DNA of 64,000 nucleotides from a bacterium (GTDB lineage Bacteria > SAR324 > NAC60-12), in contig CBDBHR010000030.1 in assembly GCA_965205865.1 (NCBI GenBank), positions 128,001 to 192,000 on the forward strand. The letters run 5' to 3'. The notes under the pieces were generated by a model that made no database searches, was not told where the DNA came from, and saw only the letters and a program-made list of their open reading frames with translations. A program made the position numbers and the translations under genes. Shown here in pieces: positions 62,745 through 64,000 of this stretch (its first letter is position 1; each line of letters starts with the position of its first letter).

Positions 62745-63626
62745 ATGTCGGATACGGACAAAAAAACAAACAGTTTGCTTGGAATTCATGCTGCGGTTCT
62801 GCTTTTTGGATTCGCAGGGTTATTCGGAAAATTTCTCAGTTTGACACCCCTGATGATTGTTTGGGGTCGGACCTTTTTTGCTTCTATAGTTTTATACCTC
62901 GTCCTGCGATTTTTTAACTATTCTCGCACCTTTTCTTGCAAATTCGACAAAGCTATGCTGGCCCTGATGGGGGTCATTTTAGCACTGCATTGGATCACCT
63001 TTTTCCATTCAATCCAGTTGTCCACGGTTGCGATTGGCTTGTTGACTTTTGCCACCTTTCCTGTCTTTATCACCTTCATGGAACCTTATTTTTTCAATGA
63101 GAAGATTCAGGGATTTGGTATTGCCACTACAATATTTGTAGTGGCAGGCGTGTTATTGATGGTGCCGGCATTCGATTTCAGCAACCAACAAACGAAAGGA
63201 ACCTGTTGGGGAATCATGTCCGGATTTCTCTTTGCCGTACTTTCACTGTTGAACAGAAAATATGTGAAGCGCTATCCCCCCTTGATGATTGCTTATTACC
63301 AGAACCTGTTTGCCATGCTGGTTCTTGTGCCAATTGTTATGTTTGCAGACTGGAATCTGCAGTTCGGTGATTTTTTATTGTTGGCGATACTAGGAGTTTT
63401 TTGCACAGCAGGCGCTCATGTTCTTTTCATACGGGGATTGATCCATGTCAAAGCTCATTTGGCCAGTATTCTTGCCTGCCTGGAACCAGTCTATGGCGTG
63501 GTTTTGGCATTCGTGCTGCTTGGTGAAGCGCCAACATGGAAAACCCTTTTAGGAGGTGCTATCATTTTATTGACCACGGTATTTGCCTCCTTGCTCACGC
63601 ATTTACATGCAGTGGACAGAAAATGA
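62745..63626 (+). CDS. EamA/DMT-family transporter
   Basis: About 10 TM helices, duplicated EamA pattern, LEPV...LLGE. Confidence 0.88.
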   Translation: MSDTDKKTNSLLGIHAAVLLFGFAGLFGKFLSLTPLMIVWGRTFFASIVLYLVLRFFNYSRTFSCKFDKAMLALMGVILALHWITFFHSIQLSTVAIGLLTFATFPVFITFMEPYFFNEKIQGFGIATTIFVVAGVLLMVPAFDFSNQQTKGTCWGIMSGFLFAVLSLLNRKYVKRYPPLMIAYYQNLFAMLVLVPIVMFADWNLQFGDFLLLAILGVFCTAGAHVLFIRGLIHVKAHLASILACLEPVYGVVLAFVLLGEAPTWKTLLGGAIILLTTVFASLLTHLHAVDRK

Positions 63627-63733
63627 AAGAACTGTATTTTCAAAAAGGCAAGTAAATGAATGTTTACAGCCCCGTAAAAAATAGTTAGATAAGGAAGACA
63701 CGTCATTATTAACCTCATTCGGACGTTACAATC

Positions 63734-64000
63734 ATGTTCACAAGCTCTCGAATTCTTCAATTGCAGAGACTTTGCACGGCTGCTGAAATGATGGAAATGG
63801 AGCGCCATGCAATTCAGGAAGTGGGCATATCCGGACTGATCTTAATGGAAAATGCGGCACGGTGTGTGGCCGACTGGGTAGAAGAGCACTGTCTTCAGAA
63901 AAATGAGGAAGCAAAAATTGTGGTATGTTGCGGAAAAGGCAATAATGGCGGTGATGGATTTGCGATTGCCCGTTTATTAAAAAACCGCAACTACAACGTC
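63734..64000 (+). CDS. nnrE: NAD(P)H-hydrate epimerase (YjeF N-terminal), partial
   Basis: LMENAAR...VCCGKGNNGGDGFAIARLL; open to the window end. Confidence 0.88.
   Translation, partial: MFTSSRILQLQRLCTAAEMMEMERHAIQEVGISGLILMENAARCVADWVEEHCLQKNEEAKIVVCCGKGNNGGDGFAIARLLKNRNYNV

Overview
Bacterial chromosomal segment, mostly housekeeping. Gene content (ccmFGH, selB, a sigma54 site, ptsP, recD2) suggests a deltaproteobacteria-like lineage, but that is inference only. It holds: a nucleoside uptake/salvage operon (1-9 kb); ccmF/G/H; an ECF sigma/anti-sigma pair; glnB-ptsP-holA; selB; mreBCD-mrdA-maf-aroB-tmk; holB-recD2; moeA-moaC-modB; an unusually elongated Pal-like lipoprotein; pyk-sixA-secG-tpiA; and a partial nnrE. 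Two accessory blocks stand out. (1) A 7.3-kb integrase-free defence island (14.3-21.6 kb) carries an AbiJ-like HEPN gene (frameshifted), an intact overlapping ParA-like ATPase + HEPN pair, and a Type III R-M system whose res gene is frameshifted. The ParA-HEPN/R-M module is the best candidate for an uncharacterised system. (2) A block between tmk and holB carries a NUDIX gene, a REP-like hairpin, an oxidoreductase pseudogene, two copies of a 205-bp MITE with TIRs and target duplications, and a sugar ABC transporter. Non-ORF signals include a degenerate group II intron 3' end, a sigma54 promoter and an unlisted 52-aa membrane sORF before mreB. No CRISPR array, rRNA or tRNA was recognised. All calls come from motif reading; no searches were run.
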